Below, in pieces: positions 1 through 11,832 of a stretch of DNA of 64,000 nucleotides. Below the pieces are notes generated by a model that did not search any database, was not told the origin of the DNA, and saw only the letters and a program-made list of their open reading frames with translations. Positions within the stretch are counted from its first letter, which is position 1. The number at the start of each line of letters is the position of its first letter. The translations under genes were made by a program, and so were the position numbers. The DNA is from Dimorphilus gyrociliatus (Eukaryota; Animalia; Annelida), in the NCBI GenBank assembly GCA_904063045.1, contig CAJFCJ010000008.1, positions 186,001 to 250,000 on the forward strand, read 5' to 3'.

Positions 1-1841
1 ATACTAAAACACCCTATGCATTTATGGATTAAGGACGTAGCTAATGGGTTCCCAGATATGATTCTATAGATTAAGGATAGACCTATAAGAGATAACCTTT
101 TCTACCTTAACCCTAGACGAACTGATTACCAAAACTTTTTAGATATTTTCAGAATCGATGGTAAAATCTATCATTCGAAATAACTGTCGTTATTTTTTCA
201 GCCGTAAAACATCCTTATAGTAATTACATCCTGCCTATTTCAGCGTAATTATAAACAGCAACGCGTATAAAAAATGTTCTAACAAATCTGTTTGCCTTTT
301 GCTTTCCAGAACTCTGTCTTTTTTTTGCGGTAATAGTTTATTAAACTAACTAATTGATTGTATTAAATTATGTAAATTAAGTATTCTGTTTATAATTACG
401 ACGGCTTATTATTTAAATTAGGAAGTTTCTTATTAATCACATCTTGTTTATTATTTGTGTAAAGAACAACGAGTTTAGCCTGTTTATTCCATAGATTTCT
501 AGAATTTCTTTCCCGTTTTTTTAGAAGTTGCTTTCAATTTCCGTTTCTTGGGTTATCGTTTACTTTTTCTTAAGTTTTGCGGGAAATTTCCCGATCTACG
601 AATCGTTATTATAATTGGAACTTATTTAAAGTGTGCTCTTCAAGGCTTACAGCTCATCCTGAGCACTATAAGCTTTTTCGGAGTATTCGATAAGCGCCGG
701 AAAGAATCGTCATGACACTCAAAAATAAGAAGTGATTACTAATAGGCATATACGCTGGAAGAAGAGGAAAATTCTATATATTTTCGAAATATTTGCCCTT
801 TTTTATCAAGTATAGCTTAATATTAATAGTTGCTTATTTTCGTTCAAGCAACTTGAATGTTATATACTTATATATATATATTTGTAAGATTTATATTGAA
901 AAAAATGTGTATTAAGCGCCATCTATAGTATATTTTATTGTTAAATTTAAACAAAGCCATCGAAATGCAGTCTAATATGCAGTCTAAAGATTTATTTACT
1001 TGATGAAATTAAAGAAATATCTTTTGAAACGTTGCAGAGACACTCGAAATAACGGAATTGATAAAATATGTGCAATAAAAAAAAAGAGCTTCTTTTTACT
1101 GAGTACAGAACATCATAGGATTAGTCTTTTTTTGTTTAATTTTAAAGTATAAGAAAGCCTCCAGATGGCGTATAATCTTCCTTCCGTTTAATTCTTTGGA
1201 ACAAAGCTTGGAACTTTCTTTAACTATTTTAAACGTTCTTTAATCCGTTGGCAATAAAATAAGAAAAAAAAACGGGCTAGCTTATTTCCAACGATCCTCC
1301 GAATCTATATTAACATCATAGTATTATGTTTTATGTATGAATAAGAAAAAAAGATATATATGGCCTTGTACACTACGTCTATTGTATACTTTTAAGTACA
1401 AATCACAAAAATAACATATTCTTAAGGAAGGATTTAATGAAATTTTCGGTTTTTAAAGAGAAAATGAAAGATATCTTCATTAATTCATCTATTCTATTGG
1501 AAACTTTAGAAAATGTTTCTACCTTATCCTTATGATAGATAAAATGGGGCGGAAATGAATCAATAAGTTTAACTGTACTTACACTATCATTTCATCATAA
1601 GGATATATTGTTATTTATTAAATATTTGAAAATTGGGTCAATTGAAAGTATTCAGTAGCTGGTTATTTAAACATTTCGTTAGGTGTTTATTAGTTTATCT
1701 CAAATGGTAAATGGAATAAATTGATGACAAGAGACATAGAGAGAGAGAGAGGGATTAAAAATCCTAGTAAACGATACTATTAGATGGAGCAAAGAGCTGG
1801 ATTTGGGAAAGAAAGATAAAAAAAAATGAAAAAGAATGTCT

Positions 1842-2260
1842 CCCTTGACCAAGACAGCAAATTAGTTGAAAGAGAAACTATTTTGCTAAAAATATCACAA
1901 TTCCTAGTGTATGTCAAGGTGATAGTTACTGATGGTAAGAAGTTCAATTCTGATATATTACTGGTGAAACCTGGGGCGTGAGAAAAGTAAGTTTTTTAGA
2001 TACATTTGAGATGTTAATTCCTTTAAAGAAAAGACTAATCTAACCATGGATAAAAACCGAATAACATCTGTTCTATCCAATCTTTTAGTGATCTTAGATC
2101 ATACTCTTTTTGTAAGAGGTAACTCTCTTATTTAAGATAGGGTCCTGGGATGTTAGACTGACTAGATATTACTCAAGATTTCATTACTTTTGAAAATATC
2201 TGGGGTGTTAAGGATACACAACATGGAAGATTTAAGAACAATCATCTGAAGAAGCACTAC
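1842..2260 (+). mobile_element. Highly decayed Tc1/mariner transposase remnant
   Basis: Motifs occur in Tc1 order across stops and frameshifts. KRNYFAK at 1870 resembles RLxFAK. KVIVTDGKKFN at 1916 resembles KVLFSDESKFN (first catalytic Asp). LD*LDITQDFITFENIWG at 2153-2203 keeps the exact spacing of LDWPSQSPDLNPIENLWG, and is followed by GRFKNNHLKK. The middle of the DDE domain appears deleted and no TIRs were recognised. Confidence 0.55.
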
Positions 2261-2982
2261 ATTATAATTTTATTATAATAAATTACGTGCATTCTCATCC
2301 TCTCATCCTTAATAGAATTCTTAATTGTTGTTCTTAACAAGGAAGAGGCAATAAACTATTGAATAGTTATTTTTCACTTAAAATGACAATAGTATGTACT
2401 CAATTTCTTCCATGTGTTTTAAATTATGAAATTGAACTGGATTATACAAAAAGACAAGTATCCCAAAGATATTTTCTTCTCTACATTAGGTTTGTTGATT
2501 ATAATCGGTGATTATCGTGCATTAATTATCTCCTTATAACTATAAGGCAAGGGAGTATATATAAAGTATACAGTATATAAAATTTTACTGAGGTTGTAAT
2601 ACACCTCCCACCTCCCTCTAAAAACAAAACACCGATTTTTAATCAAATAATTAAATTAACAACCTTAATGCTTCTAGAAAAGACTATAAATGAGCATTGA
2701 AATATAAATTTGTTTAGCTTTACTTATAGGAATTAGATAATAAGAAGAAAAAGAAACGGTTTTACTAAATATATAATCTATTAAAATTAATCTATAAAAC
2801 TAACTTTTAATTGAAATACAGTTTCTTTATTTACTGTTCTTATTATAATTACAGTTTTGTGTACGTAAAGTATTAAATAACATTTTTAAACTACTAATTA
2901 CCTATCGTTCTGGTAGTTGACATTTCATAAAACTTTTAATTGTTAAAAGGAAAAGTTTATATCCCTTCTCTTTTAAACAATT

Positions 2983-4924
2983 ATGATTTATAAATTATTA
3001 ACCTGTTCCTACATTATATATACACTGTATATAACCCCAATTAATGGTGGATGTCCACTTAAAAAAGATTGCAATTGCCTAAAAATTGAAAAATTCTACG
3101 AATCGATCGACTGCTCCAAAAAAGGTCTTGTAACTGTACCGGAAACGACAGAAACGAAGATAACTGTTGAAAAATTTTCATTATTAAATAATAAATTAAA
3201 AACTATACCGAAAAATTACTTTGAAAGTTTTTCACAAATTAAATCATTGGATTTAGATGAAAATGAATTTTCGGCTATTCCAGAAGCAATTAAAGTTCTA
3301 AATGTTACAAAGACTATTTGGATTCAAAGCAATAAAAAGTAAGTATTTAATTTCTCCTATTCCTTTTATAATATTTTCAATTGAAAGATAAATTTTCTTA
3401 TAAATTTTACGTATTAGGTTGAAAAAATTGACGAAAGGTTCATTTACCGGTTTAATAAGCTTAGAAGAAATATTCTTATCGAAAAACAAAATAGCAACTA
3501 TTGAAAGGGGAACTTTCGACGGTTTAATGAAACTCGAGACGCTTACATTGGAAAAGAATGCAATTGTTTCGATAGGAAACGGTTTATTTGAAGGTGTTGA
3601 AAATTCACTCAAGTACCTGGATTTGAGCTACAATAACATAAGTAAAATAGACGACGACGCCTTCTTAAATCTTACAAGAGTAGATACGTTGTTTTTAGAA
3701 AAGAATAAAATAAAACGTATTACAAGGGAACAAATGCATTCGTTAATTAGTATAGAACACATAAATCTGTCCGATAATTTAATTGAAACAATTGATGAGG
3801 ATGCTTTTAAATCGTGGACTAAACTTATATACATCTCTCTATGGAATAATAAGCTGGCATCAGTTTCGCCTAGTTTATTCTCTACTATTGCCCCTAGTTT
3901 GGACTTTATAAGTTTGGGATCGAATAAGAATATTTCACTTGACAAAGATTTCCTTAAAAATTATGTTCGACTAGAAACACTGGACTTGAGCTATACAAAA
4001 ACTACCAGTTTACCTACTATAACTCATTTGAAGTTCTTAAAGCAAGTCTTCATTATTGGTACAAAGATAAAGACGATTTACGAATGTGAATTTGAGGGTT
4101 TAAATCTGGACAAAATTGACTTATTTTGGGATTATACTCCCGTTAATTGCACTTGTGATTTAAATTGGATGAAAAAGCTATATACTCCTGAAAAACTGAA
4201 AAATTCCAAATTACATTTAGAATCTCCAGTTTGTAGGTATCCGAAAAACTTGAAGAAAAGCCAATTAGTTTATGCAGACCTCTGTCCAAGGGGTAGCTCA
4301 AAGAAATGGTGTAATTATTCAAAACCTATTCCAAGTGGTGGTAAATCATCAAAATCGGTTATATCTATAACAAGAGTTGTTGAAATGTCAAGTTCTCTTA
4401 CTATAATATGGGAAATAAATGAAGATATACCAATTAAAAGCTTTTTCATAACCTCAAAAGGTAAAAATGGAAACAGTTATCACTTAACAAAACATCTTCC
4501 GCTTTCGGACAGAGAGTATAAATTTTCGAAATTGAAAGCTCACAAATACTACGTGGTTTGCGTTGTAGCAATTGATTCAATGAATGCAGAAATATCAAGA
4601 TCCTGCGAAGATACAGAAACAAGTGATACAGTCGTCAAGAAATTAAGTCATAACGAAATAGGAGCAATTGTTGCCGGGATACTAGGATTTTTGATAGCCG
4701 CACTTTGTATCGGTATACTTGTGTATATGAATAGGAGAATTTTGCATAAAATGTTTATAAAGACAAATGATACACAAGGTATTGATAACATAGTTTACGA
4801 TGGTCAAAGAGATTCCGTTCACATCGGCAATGGAGTAGATCAACCAGCTTCCAGAGAGGCTAATAACCAGCATGAGACAAATCGAGGTAATATGTGGAAT
4901 TATGGACATTTGAATGAAACTTGA
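2983..4924 (+). CDS. LRR + FN3 single-pass transmembrane protein (FLRT/ELFN-like architecture), about 620 aa
   Basis: Exons 2983-3338 and 3418-4924, with a 79-nt phase-2 GT-AG intron. The protein has a signal peptide, LRRNT (CP..CNC..IDCS), about a dozen LRRs, LRRCT (NCTCDLNW..C), FN3 (LTIIWE..YVVCVVA), TM (IGAIVAGILGFLIAALCIGILVYM) and a cytoplasmic tail. Confidence 0.9.
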
Positions 4925-4957
4925 TATGCAATACACAACAAAAATCCATAAATACAG

Positions 4958-4985
<28 letters not shown>
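4958..4985. repeat. (TA)14 microsatellite flanked by TACAG
   Basis: Read directly; lies between the convergent 3' ends of the LRR and cyclase genes. Confidence 0.95.
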
Positions 4986-4988
<3 letters not shown>

Positions 4989-5273
4989 TATATACTCAAT
5001 ATCTCGTGAATAAAAGGGATATTCAATTACTGTTTAATAATAGTTAACAACATTATTAGATATTTATCAAAAGTTGTCTATATAACTATCGATAGAGCGA
5101 CTACAACCAACTTATAATTAATCACTGACAATAGAATAGCATAATAAAACATAATAAAGCAGTGTCATTCTATCTTGATCAGTAAATGAAGAACTTCTGT
5201 TTAAAGTGTTTTCTCCCTTTTTTTTGCTATTTCGCCTCCTTATCTTAACATATGTGTTGATATTAGTTCTTTT

Positions 5274-8200
5274 TTAACCAATTAACCAATATGTAATCAT
5301 TTTATTTTTACCCTAATAAATATAATTATTAATATACGGAAGTTGTAAGAAAAAACCATGTTTAATAGCTTTCTACGTTAGTGTATTATACCTTTACTTC
5401 AATTTCTCCTCTACATTCTAATTGGAATTCATTAAACATATCCAATATTTCGGCAGTATGGGAACTTAAGTGAACCTTTAAAGCTGGAAATAAGATTTAT
5501 TCTATTGTAATAGAATGCTCGGAATAGCTTGAATACTTACGACATCCTGTTGATTCCATTCTAGACGCTGTATTTACAGTGTCTCCAAATAGACAATATC
5601 TAGGCATCTTTAAACCTACAACACCTGTTACGCAAGGACCAGTGTGAACGCCAATTCTTAATTTTAGCTGTTCGTCAGGTCTGTGTTGTATTTTAAAAGA
5701 TTTAACCTTTTCCAATAGCTGCAATGACATATTTGCAATCTCTTTAGCATGATTTAGACCGTTTCTAATGGGTAGACCAGAAGCAACCATATAAGCATCG
5801 CCGATTGTTTCGACTTTATAAACGTCAAATTCAGATATAATTTCATCAAACATTGTATACAAATCATTTAATAGTTTAACAATTTGAATTGGTGTACTGT
5901 TAGCGGAAATCATTGTAAATCCAACAATATCGCTAAAGTATATAGTAACGCTTGAAAATGATTCTGGAGTAACTGTCTTACCAGCTTTTAGTTGGTCAAC
6001 AATTGTTCTGTAATAAAGAAAAGAAACACCTAGGTATAAAACCCCGGTTAATTATCGAAAGTAATTAATTAAATACTTTGGTAAAATCTGTAAAAGTAAA
6101 TCGTCTGTTTTTCGTTTTTCCTCTCCTAATTGTTTCGTTCTTTCTTCAACAATGGTTTCTAAATTATTTGCGTATTGCTGCATTCTTTTCAATAAATCAT
6201 CCATTATATTTATTTCTTTTAATCTGGATATAATTGGAGAGGGGAGGGGGGAAGGGAAAGGCTAAATATAACACCCTATATTAAAGTAGATTTTCTTTTC
6301 CTACCCTGTTAATTTTCTTATTAGTTGTTTTAATTCAATAAAAGTTGGCCTATCATTAGGATCTTCTTCCCAGCATTTACTGGTAATTTCAATAGCAGTC
6401 CTGTTACCCGGATCCAAAGGTATCAAAGGTCTTGTTACTGGCTTACAACCCTCAATGATCTTTTTAATAATATCTATATTAAGGGGGAAATTCAATTAGA
6501 AGATACCTTAAAAAGAAAGCTAAACTGATTGAAGGTGAAAATATAATGAGACCTTCTACAGATTGCGTATCTCTTTCAATAGAATACGGATAGCTTCGTA
6601 GTACTATTTCTTGAACGATAATACCAAAACTAAAAACATCCCCTTTTTGTGAACACTCCATTGAAAATTTAGACTTAGATGTTCTTAATATTTCAGGTGC
6701 AGTCCACAAAAGAGATTCGTGAAATGCGTGTGTATTTTCTTTTTGTTTTTCTGTTAACTTCAAAAAAGATGGTAAACCAAAATGGCACAATTTTACAATA
6801 AATCTATCATCTATTAAACAATTGGATGATTTCAAATTTCCATGTACACCAATAACGGAAGAGTGAATGAACTGCATTCCCTTAACTATATCATTAATAA
6901 TAGAATATTTAAAGGGCCAATCCAAATCGAAATTATCATCTTCTAAAAGATCTTGAAGACTTCCTTTCTTACAGTATTCATGTAAAAGGGCAGACTTTGT
7001 TGGTGGTTCTAAAATTGAACCATAAAATTTTAATACATTATTATGGCTTATCAAACGCCTCTGTTTAACTTCAATTCTTATTTTACGGGTGATATTCAAT
7101 TTTTTATCAGATGAGAAATACTTTAAAGCAACAATTGCTTCCTTATATTTTGCGGTTTCGATAAATGCCTGACCGGATAAATAACTTCTACTCGACTTTG
7201 TCGATTTCATGTCAACCGTTGGATCGTTCTATGGAAACATCAATATTTATGAAAGGAGAAAATTAACTATAAATAAAACAAACTTCAACAATCCTTGATC
7301 TTATTGAGCAGCTTCTAGCTAAGGTTGTTTGAACTGTTATTTCGTCTGAAGATATTATCCATGAATTGTCGGATATTTCGGACTCTAATTTCATCTTTCT
7401 GTAATCACAAATTGATGAGATCGTAATGATTATTTGCAGACGAAATTTAGGCAATTAGATGATAAAAGATAAATATTGATTACCTGTAAACGATAAAACC
7501 TGCGGCTAAAGATAGAATTAGCAAACAAGCAGTTGCAATCAAAGCAATAGTTGAAGTACTTAAGGGTTCTTCATGTTAATTTAACATTTAAAGAAAAAAG
7601 TTCTTATTATTATCATCTCAATGCATTCAAAGGAAAATGTACCTGATTTGATACAAGCAAGAGCGTTACCTTCGTAGCCACATATCGGTTCGTTTAAAGG
7701 CGGCTTTGTTCTACCGCCTGTCCAAAAGATTTTTTTACCTAAAACGGGTTCGAACTTGAGCGAGAATCCGTGATAGTATCCGAAAACCTATATTATAAAA
7801 AAACGCCAATTAGATGAAGAGAATTTTCAGATTCAATAACTTTAAAGAATTAAATAACAATGAAATCTTTTTTTTTGCTATCGCCTAAGTGCATCACTAC
7901 TTCTGTAAAGCCTTTTACTAAAGAATTCAAAGAGACAGTTCTATTTTTGCTTTTAGAATACCTCGAATTTTCCTGTTACGGGATTCATATCCATTATTTC
8001 ATAAGTTGCTTCCCTATCTGCTATTTCATTCATATACACCTTTCCAGTAATTCCATTAAACGTCCTATTCTCAAATAATTTAATAAATTGTTTTGCATTC
8101 CTTGGATCTAATTTCTTTTGTATACTTTCTTTCAAGGCTTCTCCATATAAAATAATAGACTCGTAAAATGCTCCAATAAAAAAGTTGACCTGTTTATAAT

Positions 8201-9352
8201 TTCACACAAATGACTACTTATTAAGCCTATCTAGCAGTTATGTAACTTACTCCTCCAACGTTATATGTATAATTAAAGTCTTTTAGTGTTCTTTCTTTAA
8301 TAATTTTGGAAAATTCAGTAAACTTTTCACTCTCTTCTAATTGCAATCGTACTCTTATCACAGCTTCACTCGCTTTTCGAACTTTATCATCGTCTTTCAA
8401 ACCTCTTTTCCAGTCGAAATATCCCCAATAATAGTCCTTGAATAATTCAACGTCCATTAAAACAAATTCCCCACTTTCAATGTATCCTAGATCGTATGCA
8501 GCAATGAGCAATTTTCTATTAATATCTCCATTGGCCATAAAGATAAAGACTATCAAATAAAACAAACTATATTTATATTTTCTTAACAATAAAAAGAAAT
8601 AGGAAAGATTTGTTATACTTCGTGATCTTTCACTAGCATCCTTTAAGAGTTTCTCGTATTTTCCATGATCATCTTGATAATGTCTACTATCAAAATCTTC
8701 CGTATAAGGATACACTTTCATACGTCGTAGGCCATCATTTAAAGTATCTGACATTTCAGTGTAAAATTCATTGCTAACGTCTGTAAAAATAGTTATCGAT
8801 GACCAGTTGAAATATTTAAAAATAGAGCCAAAAACTCTTCTCAAAGCGCATTGACAGTAAGCTAATCTGACTAAAGTAGGATAGTTTTCTTTGTAGCTAA
8901 ATCTGCCGGCGGCACCTTCACCAGTAATAATTGGCAGGTTCCAATTTGCCGCCATAAAAGCTACGGCATCTAAAGCTCCTGAGCATCCTGGACCAAATAT
9001 TGCAGACACGTTCTCTTTATAATATAGCTCGGCCGAAATAGCTAATAAACAATTCTTTTATAATTCCTATTTGTTTGATTTACGTTTAATATTACTCTTT
9101 GAGTTTACCTGGGGTTTTCTTCTGATCGCAATCAGGGCCGTATTGACGTTCAATAGAGGTTATGTAATAGCCAGAACCGTTGAGAATTTCTTCATTCACT
9201 CTTTCGATTCCCAGCCTAATAGCAGAGCCTGACTTTTTCCAGTCGAATGGTGCCCCATGATCTCTAATCATAATAACACCAACTTTAATCTCTTCCAGAT
9301 TATCAACGGTAGAAGAAAAGCATAAAAAATAAAAAGCAAATAGAATTCTCAT
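5274..9352 (-). CDS. Receptor (membrane) guanylyl cyclase, natriuretic-peptide-receptor-like, about 1042 aa
   Basis: 13 phase-consistent exons: 9352-9109, 9041-8619, 8549-8251, 8189-7962, 7787-7643, 7568-7484, 7398-7284, 7228-6553, 6473-6305, 6223-6077, 6007-5541, 5483-5392, 5312-5274 (3129 nt). Domains: signal peptide, ANF-receptor domain (IFGPGC), juxtamembrane Cys pair, TM, kinase-homology domain (HGNLKSSNC), dimerisation helix, and cyclase with the GTP-specifying VETIGDAYM and [18 protein letters not shown] motifs. Confidence 0.93.
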
Positions 9353-10202
9353 TCTTTCCTTCAATTACTAATATCCAACATTAATAGACAGAACTTGGTG
9401 ACGCTTTACAAAGTTTCCACGCATGCTCTGTAAACGTCATTAAAAGCGAAACATGACCTCTACACGTATTACTTTAATCAAAAACCTAACTGTCTTCCTC
9501 TTGAATGACCTTGGAAAATATATATAATGTCATAACAAGAACCCTGTTCTACGTTAATTATATGCAATTATATTTGTATAATTAATTGTATAGTATTAAC
9601 TAACATATATCCCTACATTCATATACAGTATATATATATATATAAGTTACGAACAAGGTACAGCCGGATTCTCGCCTTTGTCAAGATCAAAGTGAAACGA
9701 AAAGTGTAAGGATATTCATATATATATATATATATACATAGTATGTTGTTTGTAATAAATCTTTATCTATTAACGCTATCACTATTATTAATAACATTAT
9801 TATTGTTAGATTTAGCTGAAAGGTATATTCTAGATCCAAGTAGAATAATTATATAAATTTTAATAATATTATTAAGTTAATTAAAATATAACGTATCGCT
9901 AATTAGACTGTTGCTGCGTTATTTTCAAATGTATATGTCTACAAAGTTATATTTTATACAAAAAAAAGTATTACATTCTGGAGATTGTCTCTTTTTTAAA
10001 GGTAAAAAGATGGGATAGAGAGAAGGAAAAGTTTACAACGAAAGTCATCAAAGAAGTCCTAAAATATCTAAAATATATAAAGTCAATAATGAATGAATGT
10101 TTTACGGTATTTGAAAAATGTATTCTTATTAATTGGGGGGGAAGACGCCTTATTATGTATATAGTCCATATTTGTCACATCTTCTGTTTGTCTCCTTACA
10201 AG

Positions 10203-11190
10203 TTAGTCACGTATGTAATCTTTGATGGTAGATGGCGCTAGAAGATTCTTAAGAGCCATATACCAGCACGATTGATGTCCCATTGTTTTTAGCCAAGCCG
10301 GCGCCATGATACTATTTACTTTTACAGCTCCATAAGCAGAAAATCGTTGTACGCTGTTAAAGAATTGATAATTGTTTCTATTCACATGACCCATTAGACC
10401 ACCCTCTATAGTATCCGTGGTACTAAATTCAACATTAAGATGCATACTTGAAATTCCGTGTACTCCTCTTGTTACAGACATAGTAGGAAAATCTTTGGTA
10501 ACTACATTAACGTCTACACGACTATTTGTCATTTTATATGTAAAATCTGCCACACGCAATTCTTTGGTCCAAGATGACAGCCACTCTATCTCTTTATCAC
10601 CAAATCGGATCCCTTTCAAACTAATAGTTAAATTTTTATCCAATTTTGCTATAATAATTTCGTGCATATAATAATCATCTTTTAATCTTCCAAAAACAGT
10701 TATCCCTGGATCACTTTTACTAGCGATAACTATCAATTGGCCTGATTTACCAGTAACATCATAGCAAATAGATTCTGTTGAATTTTTCTTTGAATCGAAA
10801 ACGACTTGAAAAAAATGAGGATCACCCATAATGCTATTATCAATTCCGTGTACTTCAATAGAATTCGACTTAATTTCACCGTTGAAAATAGTCATACAGA
10901 GGAGATGTATTGCCGAAAGTAGACCAACGGACGCCGCTGGTTTCAAGCTGATCCTAAAAAATCCTGACTTGAAGCCAGTAAAAATGAATGGCGATATTTC
11001 CATTAGATTCGGATCTGCTCCAACTACTCTGTTATAATTTTTTCAGTTTAGAACTATGTGTCTACACCTGTAGTTTCTGTATATTACTCTCTTACTTGCA
11101 GCTGGTTACACCTTGAAATCCCATGCCAAGTTGATTTTGTCCCCCAAGTGCAACGTTTAGTGGACTTGGACTGAGAACTATACTTGCCAT
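10203..11190 (-). CDS. Small protein: about 100-aa N-terminal domain + inter-alpha-trypsin inhibitor heavy chain C-terminal-like domain (copy A, about 306 aa)
   Basis: Exons 11190-11096 (MASIVLSPSPL..TSC) and 11028-10203, with a 67-nt phase-2 intron. Motifs GDPHF, ICYDV, GITVFG, GGLMGH and CWYM..KDYI match the ITIH propeptide pattern DPHF..LCF..GLTVNG..HGLLGQ..CWFV..TDYI. Confidence 0.8.
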
Positions 11191-11746
11191 ATCTACTCGT
11201 CCCGACTCACCTTACGTTACTGATTTTAATCTGTTCGCCTCTGATATTTATATCATTCATCTTAAAAGTACTCACTCGTTTTAGTCGTAGATTAAAAAAA
11301 GAGAAAAAATGGGACACGTTTAAATTTTAAATAAAAAATTGATAATAGGATTTTCAATTATTATTGGAAACTTTTTACTTCAATCAATTCTGTATGATCT
11401 TTTACAAAACGTGATTGTTTCTTTATCATTTCGCTCTTCAACTCGACTATTCACCTTAAATGACTTTGCCATCTGCTAGAAGCTATTAAAATTTCTTTTT
11501 CATCTATTCCATTGATCCCTTATGAATTTTCATAAGATATCCTTCTATCATTGGCGTGATATATATTTTAGATATATATCGGAAATTTTGGCTGTTAATT
11601 TTGATAAAACGACGTAATTACATGTTTTAATTATAAAAGAAAAAAAATAGATTAATCGTCATTTTTCTAGATCAATAAAGTAAATAAGCAGTTTACAAAA
11701 TGAGTAGTGTTAGTTTTCCAGAGTAAACTCATCCAGCAAAAAACAG

Positions 11747-11754
11747 TATATAAA
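11747..11754 (+). promoter_or_regulatory. TATA box candidate for ITIH-C-like copy B
   Basis: TATATAAA 86 nt upstream of the ATG at 11833; the motif is common in AT-rich DNA. Confidence 0.4.
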
Positions 11755-11832
11755 GGCTGAGTGAACTTTTTTTAAAGAAAAGAGAAACACTTCTTTCTTC
11801 GTAAGTAAGTAAAAAATATAAGACGCTTTCGA

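Noticed and set aside
3298-3945. Minus-strand ORFs 3298-3612 and 3628-3945 (also 10417, 10831, 13315, 13659, 52852, 53413)
   Set aside because: Antisense or off-frame shadows of well-supported coding exons.
4682-5026. ORFs with YIYIYI, SLSLSL or F-rich runs (4682, 23428, 26437, 36997, 39022, 40397, 46163, the 5' part of 51420, 56696)
   Set aside because: Translations of microsatellites or pyrimidine tracts.
9092-9364. TTG/GTG starts in the ORF track (9364, 9009, 3419, 12039 and others)
   Set aside because: These are internal exons or lie upstream of a good ATG in a eukaryotic gene.
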